DNA from: the human T2T-CHM13v2.0 reference genome, Homo sapiens
DNA length: 64,000 nt
NCBI RefSeq assembly: GCF_009914755.1
Contig: NC_060935.1
Direction: 5' to 3' (one strand)
The translations under genes and the position numbers were made by a program. Shown piece by piece: positions 1-17,345 of this stretch. Each line of letters opens with the position of its first letter. Within the stretch, counting starts at the first letter, position 1. The notes under the pieces were generated by a model, which searched no databases, was not told the origin of the DNA, and saw only the letters and a list, made by a program, of their open reading frames with translations.

Positions 1-291
1 AAAGAGAATCATTTACAAACCATTGTCTGCTCTTTGGGACCATTCAGTTCTCCTGAAAAATGATTTACTACTCCTTAAAATTGCCTACATTCTCCTATCT
101 CTGTCTTTCCAATGAAGAAGAGTATATACGATTGTGAACCTGATTGGGTTGTTAGGTAATCATTCTCCCATGATTTCCCCCCATGCATGTTAGTAAATTT
201 GTATGCCTTTTCTTCTGTTAATCTTTCCATTGTCAGTACATTTCAGCCAACCTTCAGAGGGCAGAAGGGAAGTCTTCCCTTCATACCTATA
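1..291 (+). mobile_element. 3' part of ERV1-class solo LTR (MER34/MER39-like), cut by the window edge
   Basis: Ends with TAAATTTGTATGCCTTTTCTTCTGTTAATCT...CCTTCAGAGGGCAGAAGGGAAGTCTTCCCTT, resembling the recalled U5 end of MER34/MER39-group LTRs. Confidence 0.6.
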
Positions 292-439
292 GGTGGAACA
301 CAAAACCATGTATGACATCCGTTTAGGTCATACAGAGTGGTATAAACAATTAATAATAATAGTGATATCATTGCTTTCAATAAGAGTAGCTTTATGAAGG
401 CAGATAATTATCTGAAATTGTTTTGGCTTGCTAGCATGC

Positions 440-844
440 TGAAAGAGTTTGGATGTTTGTCTTCTGCAAATCTCGTGTTGAAATGTAATCCCCCATTTTG
501 GAGGTGAGGTCTAGTGGGAGGTCTTTGGATCATGGGAGTAGATCCTTCCTGAATAGCTTGGTGCCCTCCTCTTGGTAATGGGTGAGTTCTCACTCCGAAT
601 AACGTGAGATCTGGTTGTTTAAAAGAGTGTGGCACCTTCCCCCTCACTATTGCTTGCTCCTGCTCTCACCCTGTGATACACCAGCTCCTTTTGCTTTCTG
701 CCATTGTTATAAGCTTCCTAAAGCCCTCACCAGAAGCCAAGAGTGTTGGTGCCAGCAGAACTGTGAGCCAATTAAGCCTCTCTTCTTTACGAATTATCTA
801 GCTTCAGATATTTCTTTATAGACACGTAAGAACGAACTAACACA
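440..844 (+). mobile_element. MaLR solo LTR (MSTB-like)
   Basis: TG...CA termini; MST motifs (GTTTGGATGTTTGTC, GAGATCTGGTTGTTTAAAAGAGTGTGGCACC, AGAACTGTGAGCCAATTAA); perfect 5-bp TSD CATGC at 435-439 and 845-849. Confidence 0.88.
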
Positions 845-3660
845 CATGCACAAGGGTTAGCAGGATCACTTTCATCTCTTTTCCCAGCGTGTTTTGTCTT
901 CCTGTAAATTTTACTTAATGTCACATTCTTTTTTACTACTGTCGTCATTTTTTTGGTTGTGTGTTTAGTTAAACTAAAAAATATAGGTAAGAAATGAGAT
1001 GGAAAGACACAGAGAATAGCAGTGGCCAGCTCATTAAAGAGGATTTGCAGAAAAGGGTTATGTATATGAAGTCATTAATATGAGTCTGACTATTTCCTGA
1101 CTGGTGTAATAGAGATTTTAATAGAACAGCCTAATAGGACACTGAGATCAGGGGAAATAATGCATGGGAGATATGTCATATACAAATATTATTAGTATTT
1201 ATTCTTAGAATAGGCTGGAAAGCCATGATTATTAATTCATTAACATTCTATCCTTTGGTTGGAGGTTTTTGAAAAAGCATTCATTTTGTACTCCTCAGTA
1301 CTAGCATATATTTTTGTCAACATCCTAAATTTACCTATATATTTCTAGCAAAAGTTGTAGACTAAATAAGAATAATACTTAATTAGGTTTATTAAAACTA
1401 GGTATATTTATATCTTTTCCTTGACTAAATTTATAAATCTTAGAATCAAAAATAATTTGAGGTTTATGTAGTCTGTATCTTTGCACTTGGGTAAGTAAAG
1501 TATTTTTTTCTTCTCAATAGGGATGAGGCTCAGAAAGATTCTGTCTGTCTATAGGTGTTACCTAGTAGGAGAATAATGGGAGGACTGTCTCCTGTAGCAG
1601 CGCTTTTCAACATACCAGACAATATGAAGGTGAGACAAGAGAGGAAATCTAATTCCTGGAGCCACAGTGACCTCCTTCCTAGACCTACATTAATACATAT
1701 AGTTTTTTTCTTCTGAATCACTTTCAGATGCTTCTAATGTCAGCTGTATTGCTTTAAAAACAACAACAAAAGGCATTTTTTTTTTCTCTACTTTGACCCC
1801 ATTCTCCTCCATTGAGTTAAATCCATTTTATTGGAAAGGTGACAGTTTGTTCCTTCTGCCAAGATGATGATGTACTGTTGAACAGAGAGTGTCTGTCATT
1901 GATAAGCTTATACAAATACAGTCCTTCTTGGTGGCCGTGTGGTAAATTGCACAGAACTTTGTCACTGCCAGTTAGTGCTGCCTAAGAACTTCCAAAGGAA
2001 AATGAAAATAGAAGTGTTACAGAAAACAGGTGCCTGCTAATATAAATTCTGACTTCCCTGCTGCAGTTGAGAAAGAGAAATGGATTATGGCTCCTCCATG
2101 ATCAAATTAAAATTATGTATTTGCACATTGTATCTGTCCCTGGGGAAGTTATGATGATAATGGAGACTACCTCTGTGTGGAAACCCAAGTTGACTTTTAT
2201 CAGCTGTGCCCTGGCGGTATTAGACGTGTAATTAATCAGAAGACAATTTAATTTCTCCTTGTCAGTGGGCGGTGGGAACTGGATTACCTGAACTTAGTGA
2301 GCTTTGTTATTTTTATATTAAAAGAAAAGAAAATGTTAAAAGGTTTCTATAATTGTCACAAATTCCTGGGGTGATATAAAATTAAACTATCAACTAAAAA
2401 GCCAGGTTCAGCATCCTAGAGAAATAAGAGCAAATTTGTGTCTCAGTGTATTGGAGATTAAAGAAAAAGTTAACTTATTAGGTCAGCTAAATATTACTTT
2501 TTACATTAGAAAATATTTATTGAAAAATATTTTTCCCCTTGAGTATTGGCTAAGGAGTATGCAATGTACATCAAAAGTGTTTTGGAATCTAGAAGATGAC
2601 ATGGACATCATCTCTTCTTTAAACTGGACTAACCCTTTCTGGCAAGATAACTTTCAACAATAATACATCCTTCCTGATAGAAGATTAATAATTACATTGA
2701 TTTTCTTTATTATTATAAAGTAATGCTCCAATAATTCACATTATATCAAGTGTCCATGAGAACTTGTGAATGAATGTTTATATTATCATTTGTTAAGCAG
2801 AAATAAATTTGTACCACTATAATACTGCTGTAAAATATGCTTGCTTATGGTAAGAATTGTTTTACTGCTTAGCACGAGCATCTGGGGAACTGCCTCTATG
2901 CAGTCATTTGAATAATTTGTGAGCAAGAAAACAGCTTATTTTCTGTACCTCACCTGTTCAAATTCAGGTCTCTTTGGAATATAAAGTGGAAAGACAATTA
3001 CATTCATTGAGCACTCAAGCAAGCAGACATAAGTGCGATGCAGAATGCAAAGGAAGATTCTTGATCTCCTTTATATTAAACAAATTTTATAGTTTTATCA
3101 GGATCCAAATATGGATTATATATAATATGTAAAACGAACCATGTATAACTAATTACAAGAATGAGTTAAATGCCATATATTTTCTGTTTATTTTAGCTCT
3201 TTGAGAAAAATCCTATTTTGCTAGCCATTAATAAAGTTAACAATTGACTTTTTGAAACTCTGTCAACTTTCATATCTGATAATATTTAACATAGACATCA
3301 ACCAGAAGATTTTTCTTTTCTATTATCTGGAAAAGAACATTTTCCATTCTAATTTTCGTTATAGCTTTCACACTGAAATTTGTCAGAGCACTTAGTTAAA
3401 TATCAATGAAGTCTTCAGGTTGGTGACTAGGCTTATAGTATGGCTTTAACCTCTCTGTGGCTCTAGGGTATGCTGGACCATCTGAATGGTCCAGATCATG
3501 GATAAACATGGTTTGAAGTGAAAATTTTTTATTTTTCAGCATTTGAATATTTTGCAATTATGATTTTTACATGTTTATACAAAAGTACAAGATCATCTGT
3601 TCTATAAGAATAGATAAAATATCTATCTGTTCTATTTGCTGTTTCATATACAGGACCTAG

Positions 3661-4086
<426 letters not shown>

Positions 4087-4980
4087 TAGTATGGAGGCAT
4101 GATGGGATAACTATTTTTTAAATGAATGAAAAGAAATATTTACTTTAATTTTTTTCTTGGGTTTAGAGGGACACAAACTATGCTCCCTGTTGCAGTAATT
4201 TCTGGTGAAGAAACATCCGAATAGGATGAATAATTTTACATTCTCCAAATCTGATCATTCTAATATTTTTAATATAAGAAATAAGCTGAGATTTCTTTGG
4301 GCATTTGGAAATCCTACTGAATTAAAGCCATAGCAATTATCTTAGCTTAGTTCAGGGGATTGTAAAAACAACCAATAAAAAATTACTAAAGGCAAAAGAA
4401 AGAAAGTAAAGAAAAAAACAAAGAAGGTAAGATATTTGAATAGTCAATGTCTTCATCAGGCTGCTCAGCCTCATGTCATCCATTTTCACACATCACTGAG
4501 GCCTGCAAGAATTTGCTTCAAGAGGTTCTAAAGGTTACTTTAAAAAAAAAAAAAAAGAAGAAAAGAAAAAAGCTTGGGTCATATGCCTCTTTACTTGTTT
4601 CTCTATGGTAATTCAGAGATGTACTGGCTCACAGTGCCGTTGCTGGCCCAAAGCTATTTTTATTTAATACCTAAATTCAGAAAGAACTATTTCAACCTGG
4701 CCCCAGGATCCTTATTTGTTCCAGAATAGCCCTGAAGGAATTGACTGTTTTTAAAATAGGATTCTATAAAACCCAACATGCAGCATTTGTTTCATTTATG
4801 GTTCAGTCGTTCTTCTAAGAAACATCATAGCTATAGATAGAAAGTTTCAAGTAGTCGTAGCCTATATACTTTGTCAAAGATATTGTGTATTGGGGATAAA
4901 GATTACAGAGATCAAAGGCATTTAAAAATATTATTTCAGGTACCAGTTACATAATAATTTTCAAGGATCTTTTAGTATAA

Positions 4981-5640
4981 TTCATTTGTCTGTTAATTTA
5001 CCAAGTATTTATTATGTGCCTGCTAGATATTTTGCTAGGTGCTAAGGCTATAGGAGTGAACAAGACAGGCAAAATCCCTGTCTTTCTGGAACTCACATTC
5101 TTGTAGAGAAGACAGACACTTTAGCAAGAAATAACATAATATCTAATAGGAATAATTCCCATAAAGAAATTAAATGGAATAAAATGATAGTGAGTAATAT
5201 TGGGGGAGATGGGGTGGCAAGGTGTTATTAAACATAGAATGATCAAGTAAGTTCACTCTGAAGAGGTCTCTAAGGAAAAACGCAATGAACATGGAAATAC
5301 AAGCCACATGAATATCTGAAACAGTATTTCAGGCAGGCAGGGAAAGACAAATGTCAAAACCCTCAAAAGGAAACAGATACTGTACATAAAGAATAACTAA
5401 TACAGATGAGAGAAGAATCAATACAGACAAAGAGTCTGTGACAAGAAGAGTGATAGGTGGTGAAATAATGAGATAGACAATGGCCAGAGCAGAGGAGAGG
5501 TATAAGTTAATAACATGTAAAGGCAGCCTGCTTTCTGCTTTATGGAAAACCAACTGTCCAGCTTGAGTAAGAAAGAAGGCCTGGACATGTGTAGGATGCT
5601 ATTGTAGTAGTTGCGAGAGAAAAGGTAACATGAAGTATTT
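4981..5640 (-). mobile_element. L2 3' fragment
   Basis: AAGTATTTATTATGTGCCTGCTAG...GTGAACAAGACAGGCAAAATCCCTGTC resembles the reverse complement of the L2 3' end; boundaries approximate. Confidence 0.7.
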
Positions 5641-5679
5641 AGACCTGTAGGTTTTCAATGGCTATTTGTTAGCTTCATT

Positions 5680-5990
5680 ATGAGTCAGTACTGGTATGAA
5701 TCTACCAAATAAGGAGCTCACATAATCTTCAGCTGTATCAATAATGCCTAGAATAAGGGAGAGGTTAGATCTGTATTGCTGTCATGCTAACAATGACTGA
5801 TTTTATGTTCAGTTCCAGACTCAGTCTTATAATGGAAACAGATAATCACAAATGTATTCAGGGGAGGGAAACCAAAGTTAGGAAACCTTGACACTTTAAA
5901 CTCTGTTGTAACAGAAATGAGAATTGAAATGGAATGACTAGAATGAGAACTGAATTAAAGACTCAGCTATTATTTAGGGGAATTTTTGAC
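5680..5990 (+). mobile_element. L3/CR1 fragment
   Basis: Degenerate match to the CR1 ORF2 3' region (ATCTTCAGCTGTATCAATA...TATGTTCAGTTCCAG...ATTCAGGGGAGGGAAACCA). Confidence 0.5.
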
Positions 5991-6572
5991 CAAAACTCAG
6001 GAAGCACATCTTTCTTCTTGCAAGATCTTCACTGAATTAATTATTGCTTTTTGTAAGTCAATGAGTAAAAGATGCAGAAGGTTAAGATACAAATGACTTA
6101 GGAGGGAAGGCAAAAAAGGTTTATCATAATGAAGTATGGGTACATATCCTGGTCATACTTCCATAGAGTGATTTGGCCTGTCTCTTCTCTCATATTCAAA
6201 TTAATCATAGTGAATTTCAGTTATAGATTTCTTCTTTACTTAGGACATCAAGAGTTAGCCTTTGTATATTCTCTAATAACAAGCAGCTATCATTGTAAAT
6301 GACATAAAGCAAGCTATAAAGACTTTGAAGAAAGTAATATTTTTTCTTCATATAATATACATAAATATAATTTCAGTATCCTGCTCTAATCTTAATGAGA
6401 TACGAAAGCCTCTCAGTTCACACAGCAATAATCATTACATGGCCCATAGCAAGAAATCTCATCTCAAAAAGACAGAATTTCCAAAAGTTAATACTACATA
6501 CAACCACTATCATTAAATAGCTAAAAGTTTGTTATATGTAAGCCATTTAGACTTATTTTCAGAGATGTAAAG

Positions 6573-6673
6573 TAGGAATGTTCAATCCTTTGGCTTCCAT
6601 GGGCCACACTGGAAAAAGAAGAATTGTCTTGGGTCACACATAAAATACACCATCGCTAACGATAGCTGATGAG

Positions 6674-6705
<32 letters not shown>

Positions 6706-6816
6706 GCTAAAAAAAATCGTATTATGTTTTAAGAAAATTTACAAAGTTATGTTGGGCTGCATTTAAAGCCATCCTGTGCTAGATGCAGCCTGCTGGCCAC
6801 GGTTTGGACAAGCTTG
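6573..6816 (+). mobile_element. MER30 non-autonomous hAT-Charlie DNA transposon
   Basis: GGGCCACACTGGAA...GAATTGTCTTGGGTCACACATAAAATACAC...GATAGCTGATGAGC...TTGGACAAGCTTG; internal A-tract expanded to (CAAAA)n. Confidence 0.88.
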
Positions 6817-7698
6817 CTCTGAAAGAACAAACCGGTAGAAGCTACAGAATAGCAAAGGGTAGAATTAGTTTGCCTAAAAAGGTCCTTTTTAGTTTGCCTA
6901 AGTGTCCAGAGTTGGTCAGTGATAGAATTGGCACTATCATAAGAGTTTTTCAAGAAGGTTCATGTCAAGCCTGAACTTCCTTAACACGGAAATGATCATT
7001 ATTTAGTAAATGATCATTATGTAAAGACAATTTTAGCATCAAAGGGCTTGCTCAGACTGATGATATAATGCTCCCCTCCCCTTGTCCATAGATCTATTAT
7101 ACTGTAAGTCAGACTTTCAGAAATAGTTAAAAGTTTTATTTTATTTTGTTAATTTTTAATAATTGAGGGTTTTTTTTAAAAAAATAGATTATCAAATGAG
7201 AAAACAGTGAATGATTGTGGGTAGAAGAATTGAGAATGGAAGAATATATTGGCGGTTAGAAACATATGATGGACTTAACACATTTCAGATTACAGGAAAA
7301 AGAGAGGAGGGGTTAAAATATATTTGTGTTTGATGTTTTGAGCCAGCATGCGGGAGAACAGTGGAGCCAGCAATAGAGATAAAGGAAGACTAAAAAGAAG
7401 GGGACTATTTTTAAATTTAAAATAGCAAAATATGATGGAATATTTAATTTAAGAAATAAACAGTTGTTATTGTCAAATGGAATATAATTAATTTAGTAGA
7501 AAATTTAATACACTAGAATCAGTTTTAAAATGAAGTATGTTGCCAAGAAGCTACTCTGTTTTGGATTCCACCCAAGGAGTGTTTTTTTTTTTAAATAATA
7601 AAATGGACCTGATTACATAATAGTCTTTTTATGAACTCAGATAATTCCACTCTGCCAGGCTATTCTACATGGTAGGAACGTTGTTTTAAATAGTTCCT

Positions 7699-8008
<310 letters not shown>

Positions 8009-8039
8009 AAATAGTTCCTAATAAGCTTCCAGGAATGAA

Positions 8040-8147
8040 TTTTTTTCTATTGAGACGGAGTCTCGCTCTATTGCCAGGCCTGAGTGCGGTGGCGTGATCT
8101 TGGCTCACTGCAACCTCTGCCTCCTGGGTTCAAGAGATTCTCCTGCC
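8040..8147 (-). mobile_element. Alu right-arm fragment (AluSc-like)
   Basis: TGAGACGGAGTCTCGCTCTATTGCCAGG...GATTCTCCTGCC; ~100 bp only; no clear TSD. Confidence 0.85.
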
Positions 8148-8309
8148 CCTGACCATTTCCTTTTTTGTCTTCTTTTCATTGGCCATGCATGCATTTTGGA
8201 GAAACCTTTCTAGAGCATATGTAATTCTTTGAAACTTCTCTAAGTTTCCAAGACATGTTCTTCTACCACTGTCACACGTTTCAATTCTTAAAAGAAATCA
8301 AAGCTAAAA

Positions 8310-9316
8310 TTATTATTATTTATTATACTTTAAGTTCTGGGATACATGTGCAGAACGTGCAGGTTTGTTACGTAAGTATACACATGCCATGGTGGTTTGC
8401 TGCACCCATCAACCCGTCATCTACATTAGGTATTTCTCCTAATGCTATCACTCCCTATACCCCCCACTCCCCGACAGGCCCAGGTGTGTGATGTTTCCCT
8501 CCCTGTGTCCACATGTTCTCATTGTTCAACTCTCACTTATGAGTGAGAACGTGCAGTGTTTTCTTTTCTGTTCCTGTGTTAGTTTGCTGAGAATGATGGT
8601 TTCCTGCTTCATCCATGTCCCTGCAAAGGACACAAACTCATCCTTTTTTACAGCTGCATAGTATTCCATGGTGTATATTTGTGCCACATTTTCTTTACCC
8701 AGTCAATCATTGATGGGCATTTGGGTTGATTCCATTTCCTTGCTATTGTGAATAGTGCTGCAATAAACATATGCATGCATGCATCTTTATAACAGAATGA
8801 TTTATATTCCTTTGGATATTTACCCAGTAATGGATTGCTGGGTCAAATGTTATTTCTGGTTCCAGATCCTTGAGGAATTGCCACACTGTCTTCCACAATG
8901 ATTGAACTAATTTACATTCCCACCAACAGTATAAAAAGTTTTCCTTATTTCTCCACAGCCTCTCCAGCATCTGGTGTTTCTTGACTTTTTCATAATCACC
9001 ATTCTGACTGGCATTAGATAGTATCACATTTTGGATTTGATTTGCATTCCTCTAATGACTGGTGATGTTGAGCTTTTTTTCATATCTTTGTTGGCCACAT
9101 AAATGCCTTTCTTTTGAGAAGTGTCTGTTTATGTTCTTTGCCCACTTTTTGATGGGGTTGTTTGTTTTTTTTTCCTGTAAACGTGTTTTAAGTTTCTTGT
9201 AGATTCTGGATATTAGAACTTTGCCAGATGGATAGATTGCAAAAGTTTTCTCCCACTCCGTAGGTTGTCTGTTCATTCTGATGATAGTTTCTTTTGCTGT
9301 ACAGAAGCTCTTTAGT
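8310..9316 (-). mobile_element. 5'-truncated L1 (L1PA7-like): 3'UTR plus ORF2 C-terminal remnant
   Basis: (TAT)n tail then TATACTTTAAGTTCTGGGATACATGTGCAGAACG; ORFs 8743-9027 and 9052-9276 are ORF2 C-terminal fragments ([25 protein letters not shown]). Confidence 0.92.
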
Positions 9317-9699
9317 CAGAAATGACTTCTTTTAAAATGAAAAATGGTACATTTTTGGGAAATAGACTGGAAATAGGAGGGCTATATACTAGTTTCAACT
9401 TTGCCATGAATTGTGGGACTTTGGAGAAGTCATTATTTCCTTCTCTGTAACAAAATGGGTTAGGCTACATTATTTGAATCTTCTTACATATTCTAATGTT
9501 GTTTTCCAATAATCTCAGATCTTTTATTATAAAGTCTCAAACTTGGGAACAACAGACCTTAAGTATCTCAATTTTTGAAGAAATGGTGTTAGACGTGTCT
9601 ATATAATATTTACTAAAATATGTAAAATAGAATCCCCCTTAAATATTCAGAAAATTTGATACTTAAAGAAAGTTAAGAGAAGTGAAAAAGAAGTCACCA

Positions 9700-10820
9700 G
9701 GCTAAATGATGCTGTTGGCAGTGGTCTGAGATTTCTTTTCCCCTCACTCAGAGAAAGGAAAAAGTGATGATTTTCTTTACCTCGGAATAGGTACCAGAGG
9801 AACTGCTTGTGGTCATTGGAGTGTCTGCAGAGAGGAAAGATATGCCTTTTACTCTACATCTAAATGTTTACTAAGTGACAGAAACTCAGATTTGTTAAGA
9901 ACATGCTAAAACAATCTTGAGAAAGGCTGACGTGCTTCCTGTGGATTTTGAGGGTCGCTAACATGGCAGCGTAAGAGCATAGAAACTAGATTCTGTTTTC
10001 CAAAGTAAGTTGATAAAAGCTACTCTTGGAGCAAAATAAAATTAAAAGGTGGTAGAGTACATACTGAATCCCAGCATTTGGAAGAGCAAAGGTTCATGAA
10101 CCTTCTGTGGGACAGAAGTTGATGCTTCATAAGTAGCCAGGCATGACCCTTATTGATGGATTCTAGCCAATGCCACCAGACAGGAGGAGGTGACTTCAGA
10201 AGAAAGAGGAAGGTAGTCTCCCCAGGGGTGGAGCTGGGAGAAGAGCACCAGCATAAGACATCAGTTAGAGAGTAGATTTCTGTGTCTTAGAACTAAGCAG
10301 CATGGCAGATTAGAAGGAACTTCCAAAGAACCAATAGGGGCAACCCACTAGAGAATCCGTACTTGGACAACTACCACACAGAGGGCCCCGGTGGCCACAT
10401 CACAGCTGCACCATTCAGCTAAAACTTGTGGCCTGTATATTCCAGCAACATTGGAAGGATTTTTCAGGAGAAGAGAAGGGAGACAAATAAAGATCAAAAC
10501 AAAAATAGAAACAAATAACCGCTTTTTCCCTACCACAGGTTCCGAAGCACCACGGCAAGCCTGATCTGTGAGGAGAAGAGAGTGGAGGAATGAGAGATTG
10601 AATTTTTTGTCTAGGCAGAGCTGGATATATTAGTATTCTCAAAATGAGTCTTAATTGCCAAAACAAGCTTTGTTTTAATACCTTAAGATATATGGAATGC
10701 TGAAGACCCATCAAGAACCTCATCTATGGCAGAGAAAGGGAAATCTGGCAGGAGGTGTTTAAAGCAGTAATTGGAGAAATACAAAGTGTTTTAGTCCCTA
10801 TTATAAATGCATTACATATA
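9700..10820. mobile_element. Possible ancient LTR remnant (Gypsy-like LTR85/88 or MamGypLTR class)
   Basis: Only weak recalled similarity (AAGAACCAATAGGGGCAACCCACTAGAGAA; CACAGAGGGCCCCGGTGGCCACATCAC); boundaries uncertain. Confidence 0.3.
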
Positions 10821-10996
10821 CTTGGATATTTTCTCCTTATTGACATATAACCCTTTTGGTAGCCTTTCATTGATGTTTTTCTTTCAGTAAAAATGTAATG
10901 AATACTACTCTGAGTAAGGCAATGTCCAGGACAGACACTGTAGATAAACCAGAGAAAAAGGCAACCCTTCAGTCTTAATTCATAGAGGTAACAGAC

Positions 10997-11365
10997 TCTC
11001 TTAATCCATTTGGGCTGCTATAACAAAATACCATAAACTGGGTGGCTTATAAACAATGGAAGTTTATTTCTTATATTTCTGGAAGGTGGGAAGTCCAAAA
11101 TCCAGTTGCCTGCAGATTTGGTGTTTGGGGAGGGTGTGTTTTGTCATAGATGGTGCCTTCTCAGTGTACCCTCATCACTTGTTGGAAGGAGCAGGGCAGC
11201 TCTCTGGGGCCTCTTTTATAAGGGTACTAATCCTATTCTTAAGGGTTTCACCCTCATGACCTAATCACCTCCCCAAAGTTCTCATCTCTTCATACTATCA
11301 CCTTGGGGGATTAAGATTTGAGGGTATATGCATTTTGGAGGGACACAAACATTCAGACCACAGCA
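10997..11365 (-). mobile_element. MaLR solo LTR (MLT1A0-like)
   Basis: CCATTTGGGCTGCTATAACAAAATACCATAAACTGGGTGGCTTATAAACAA...CCCTCATGACCTAATCACCTCCC...GACACAAACATTCAGACCACAGCA. Confidence 0.88.
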
Positions 11366-12445
11366 CAAATCTTTGGACTGAGTAATCAAATTTGAACCAC
11401 AATAAAGGGAAAAAATGTTGAGGGATTTCTATGGTATTATGAATTTCTTTTATTAATCAAAGTTTCGGTAGAGGTCTTTATTGGACTTTTTGTGGCACAA
11501 TTGTTAAATAATTCACACCAAAAGACTTCAGGAAAAGACAGGGCTTAAGAGGGAGGTTGAAGGATTGAGGGTATTTGAATAGGTAGAGAGAAAAAAAGAT
11601 TGCATTAGTGCATTAAAGCAGGGAGAAATGTCCAGCACTTTTCACATAGAGTTGTAGCTCTGCCTGCTTGTGTCCTTTGACACATTACAGAGATTCTTGC
11701 CCCCATCCCTCTCCCTTTGCCTCAAGCACTCATATTCTACAACCATATGCTCTAAATGGGCTCTTCACATTTAGGAAAATAAATTGAGAGTACATGACTA
11801 GTGATTCTACCAATGATTAATCTTAATGTTTAGAGAAAGCATGGAGTCCAGGACAAATAGATGTTTTTACTAGATTAACGTACAGAGTTATGACATTTAT
11901 GTTTCTATGAAGCAATTTGCTGTAACTTATGCTAATATTGTAGTTTGCTGTAGGATGTTATGATTTTCATTTAATTAAAAATAATGTGTGACAGATGATT
12001 ATTTTTCCATTGAGCCCGATCATTAAAAATTTATTTCTAGAGTAATAAAATAAAAAATACAGTGTTTAAAAGAGTTTGTGGGACTATCACAAGGTAATTA
12101 CCATAGACATATATATTGAAAACAAAGTTTGGACAGTTCTTTAGTTATTGCTTCTAAAATGTTTAAAGATGATTCTGCATTTGTGCAGATCTTTATAGTG
12201 AGGAATTAATTCTCAAAGATTTTCTTTTATTATTATTATTATTATACTTTAAGTTTTAGGGTACATGTGCACAACGTGCAGGTTTGTTACATATGTATAC
12301 ATGTGCCATGTTGTTGTGCTGCACCCATTAACTCGTCGTTTAGCATTAGGTATATCTCCTAATGCTATCCCTCCCCCCTTCCCCCACCCCACAACAGTCC
12401 CCGGTGTGTGATGTTCCCCTTCCAGTGTCCATGTGTTCTCATTGT

Positions 12446-16266
<3,821 letters not shown>

Positions 16267-16329
16267 TATGATGTTAGCTGGTTATTTTGCTCGTTAGTTG
16301 ATGCAGTTGCTTCCTAGCCTTGATGGTCT

Positions 16330-17345
16330 TTACAATTTGGCATGTTTTTGCAGTGGCTGGTACCAGTTGTTCCTTTCCATGTTTAGTACTTCCTTCAGGA
16401 GCTCTTTTAGGGCAGGCCTGGTGGTGACAAAATCTCTCAGCATTTGCTTGTCTGTAAAGTATTTTATTTCTCCTTCACTTATGAAGCTTAATTTGGCTGG
16501 ATATGAAATTCTGGGTTGAAAATTCTTTTCTTTAAGAATGTTGAATATTGGCCCCCACTCTCTTCTTGCTTGTAGAGTTTCTGCCGAGAGATCAGCTGTT
16601 AGTCTGATGGGCTTCCATTTGTGGGTAACCCGACCTTTCTCTCTGGCTGCCCTTAACATTTTTTCCTTCATTTCAACTTTGATGAATCTGACAGTTATGT
16701 GTCTTGGAGTTGCTCTTCTCGAGGAGTATCTTTGTGCCATTCTCTTTATTTCCTGAATTTGAATGTTGGCCTGCCTTGCTAGGTTGGAGAAGTTCTCCTG
16801 GATAATATCCTGCAGAGTGTTTTCCAACTTGGCTCCATTCTCCCCGTCACTTTCAGGTACACCAATTAGACATAGATTTTGTCTTTTCACATAGTGCCAT
16901 ATTTCTTGGAGGCTTTGTTCATTTCTTTTTATTCTTTTTTCTCTCAACTTCTCTTCATGCTTCATTTCATTCATTTCGTCTTCCATCGCTGATACCCTTT
17001 CTTCCAGTTGATCTCATCGGTTACTGAGGCTTGTGCATTCACACATAGTTCTCATGCCATGCTTTTCAGCTCCATCAGGTCCTTTAAGAACTTCTCTGCA
17101 TTGGTTATTCTAGTTAGCCATTTGTCTAATTTTTTTTCAAAGTTTTTAACTTCTTTGCCATTGGTTCAGACTTCCTCCTTTAGCTCAGAGTAGTTTGATC
17201 TTCTGAAGCCTTCCTCTCTCAACTCGTCAAAGTCATTCCCTGTCCAGCTTTGTTCCATTGCTGGTGAGGAGCTGTGTTCCTTTGGAGGAGGAGAGGCACT
17301 CTGATTTTTAGAGTTTCTGGTTTTTCTGCTTTGTTTTTTCCCCAT
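16330..17345 (-). pseudogene. LORF1: Disrupted L1 ORF1
   Basis: ATG at 17345, stop at 16330: 1016 nt, 1 nt short of 1017 (apparent 1-bp deletion near 17041); C-terminal 218 aa open (16330-16986). Confidence 0.93.
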
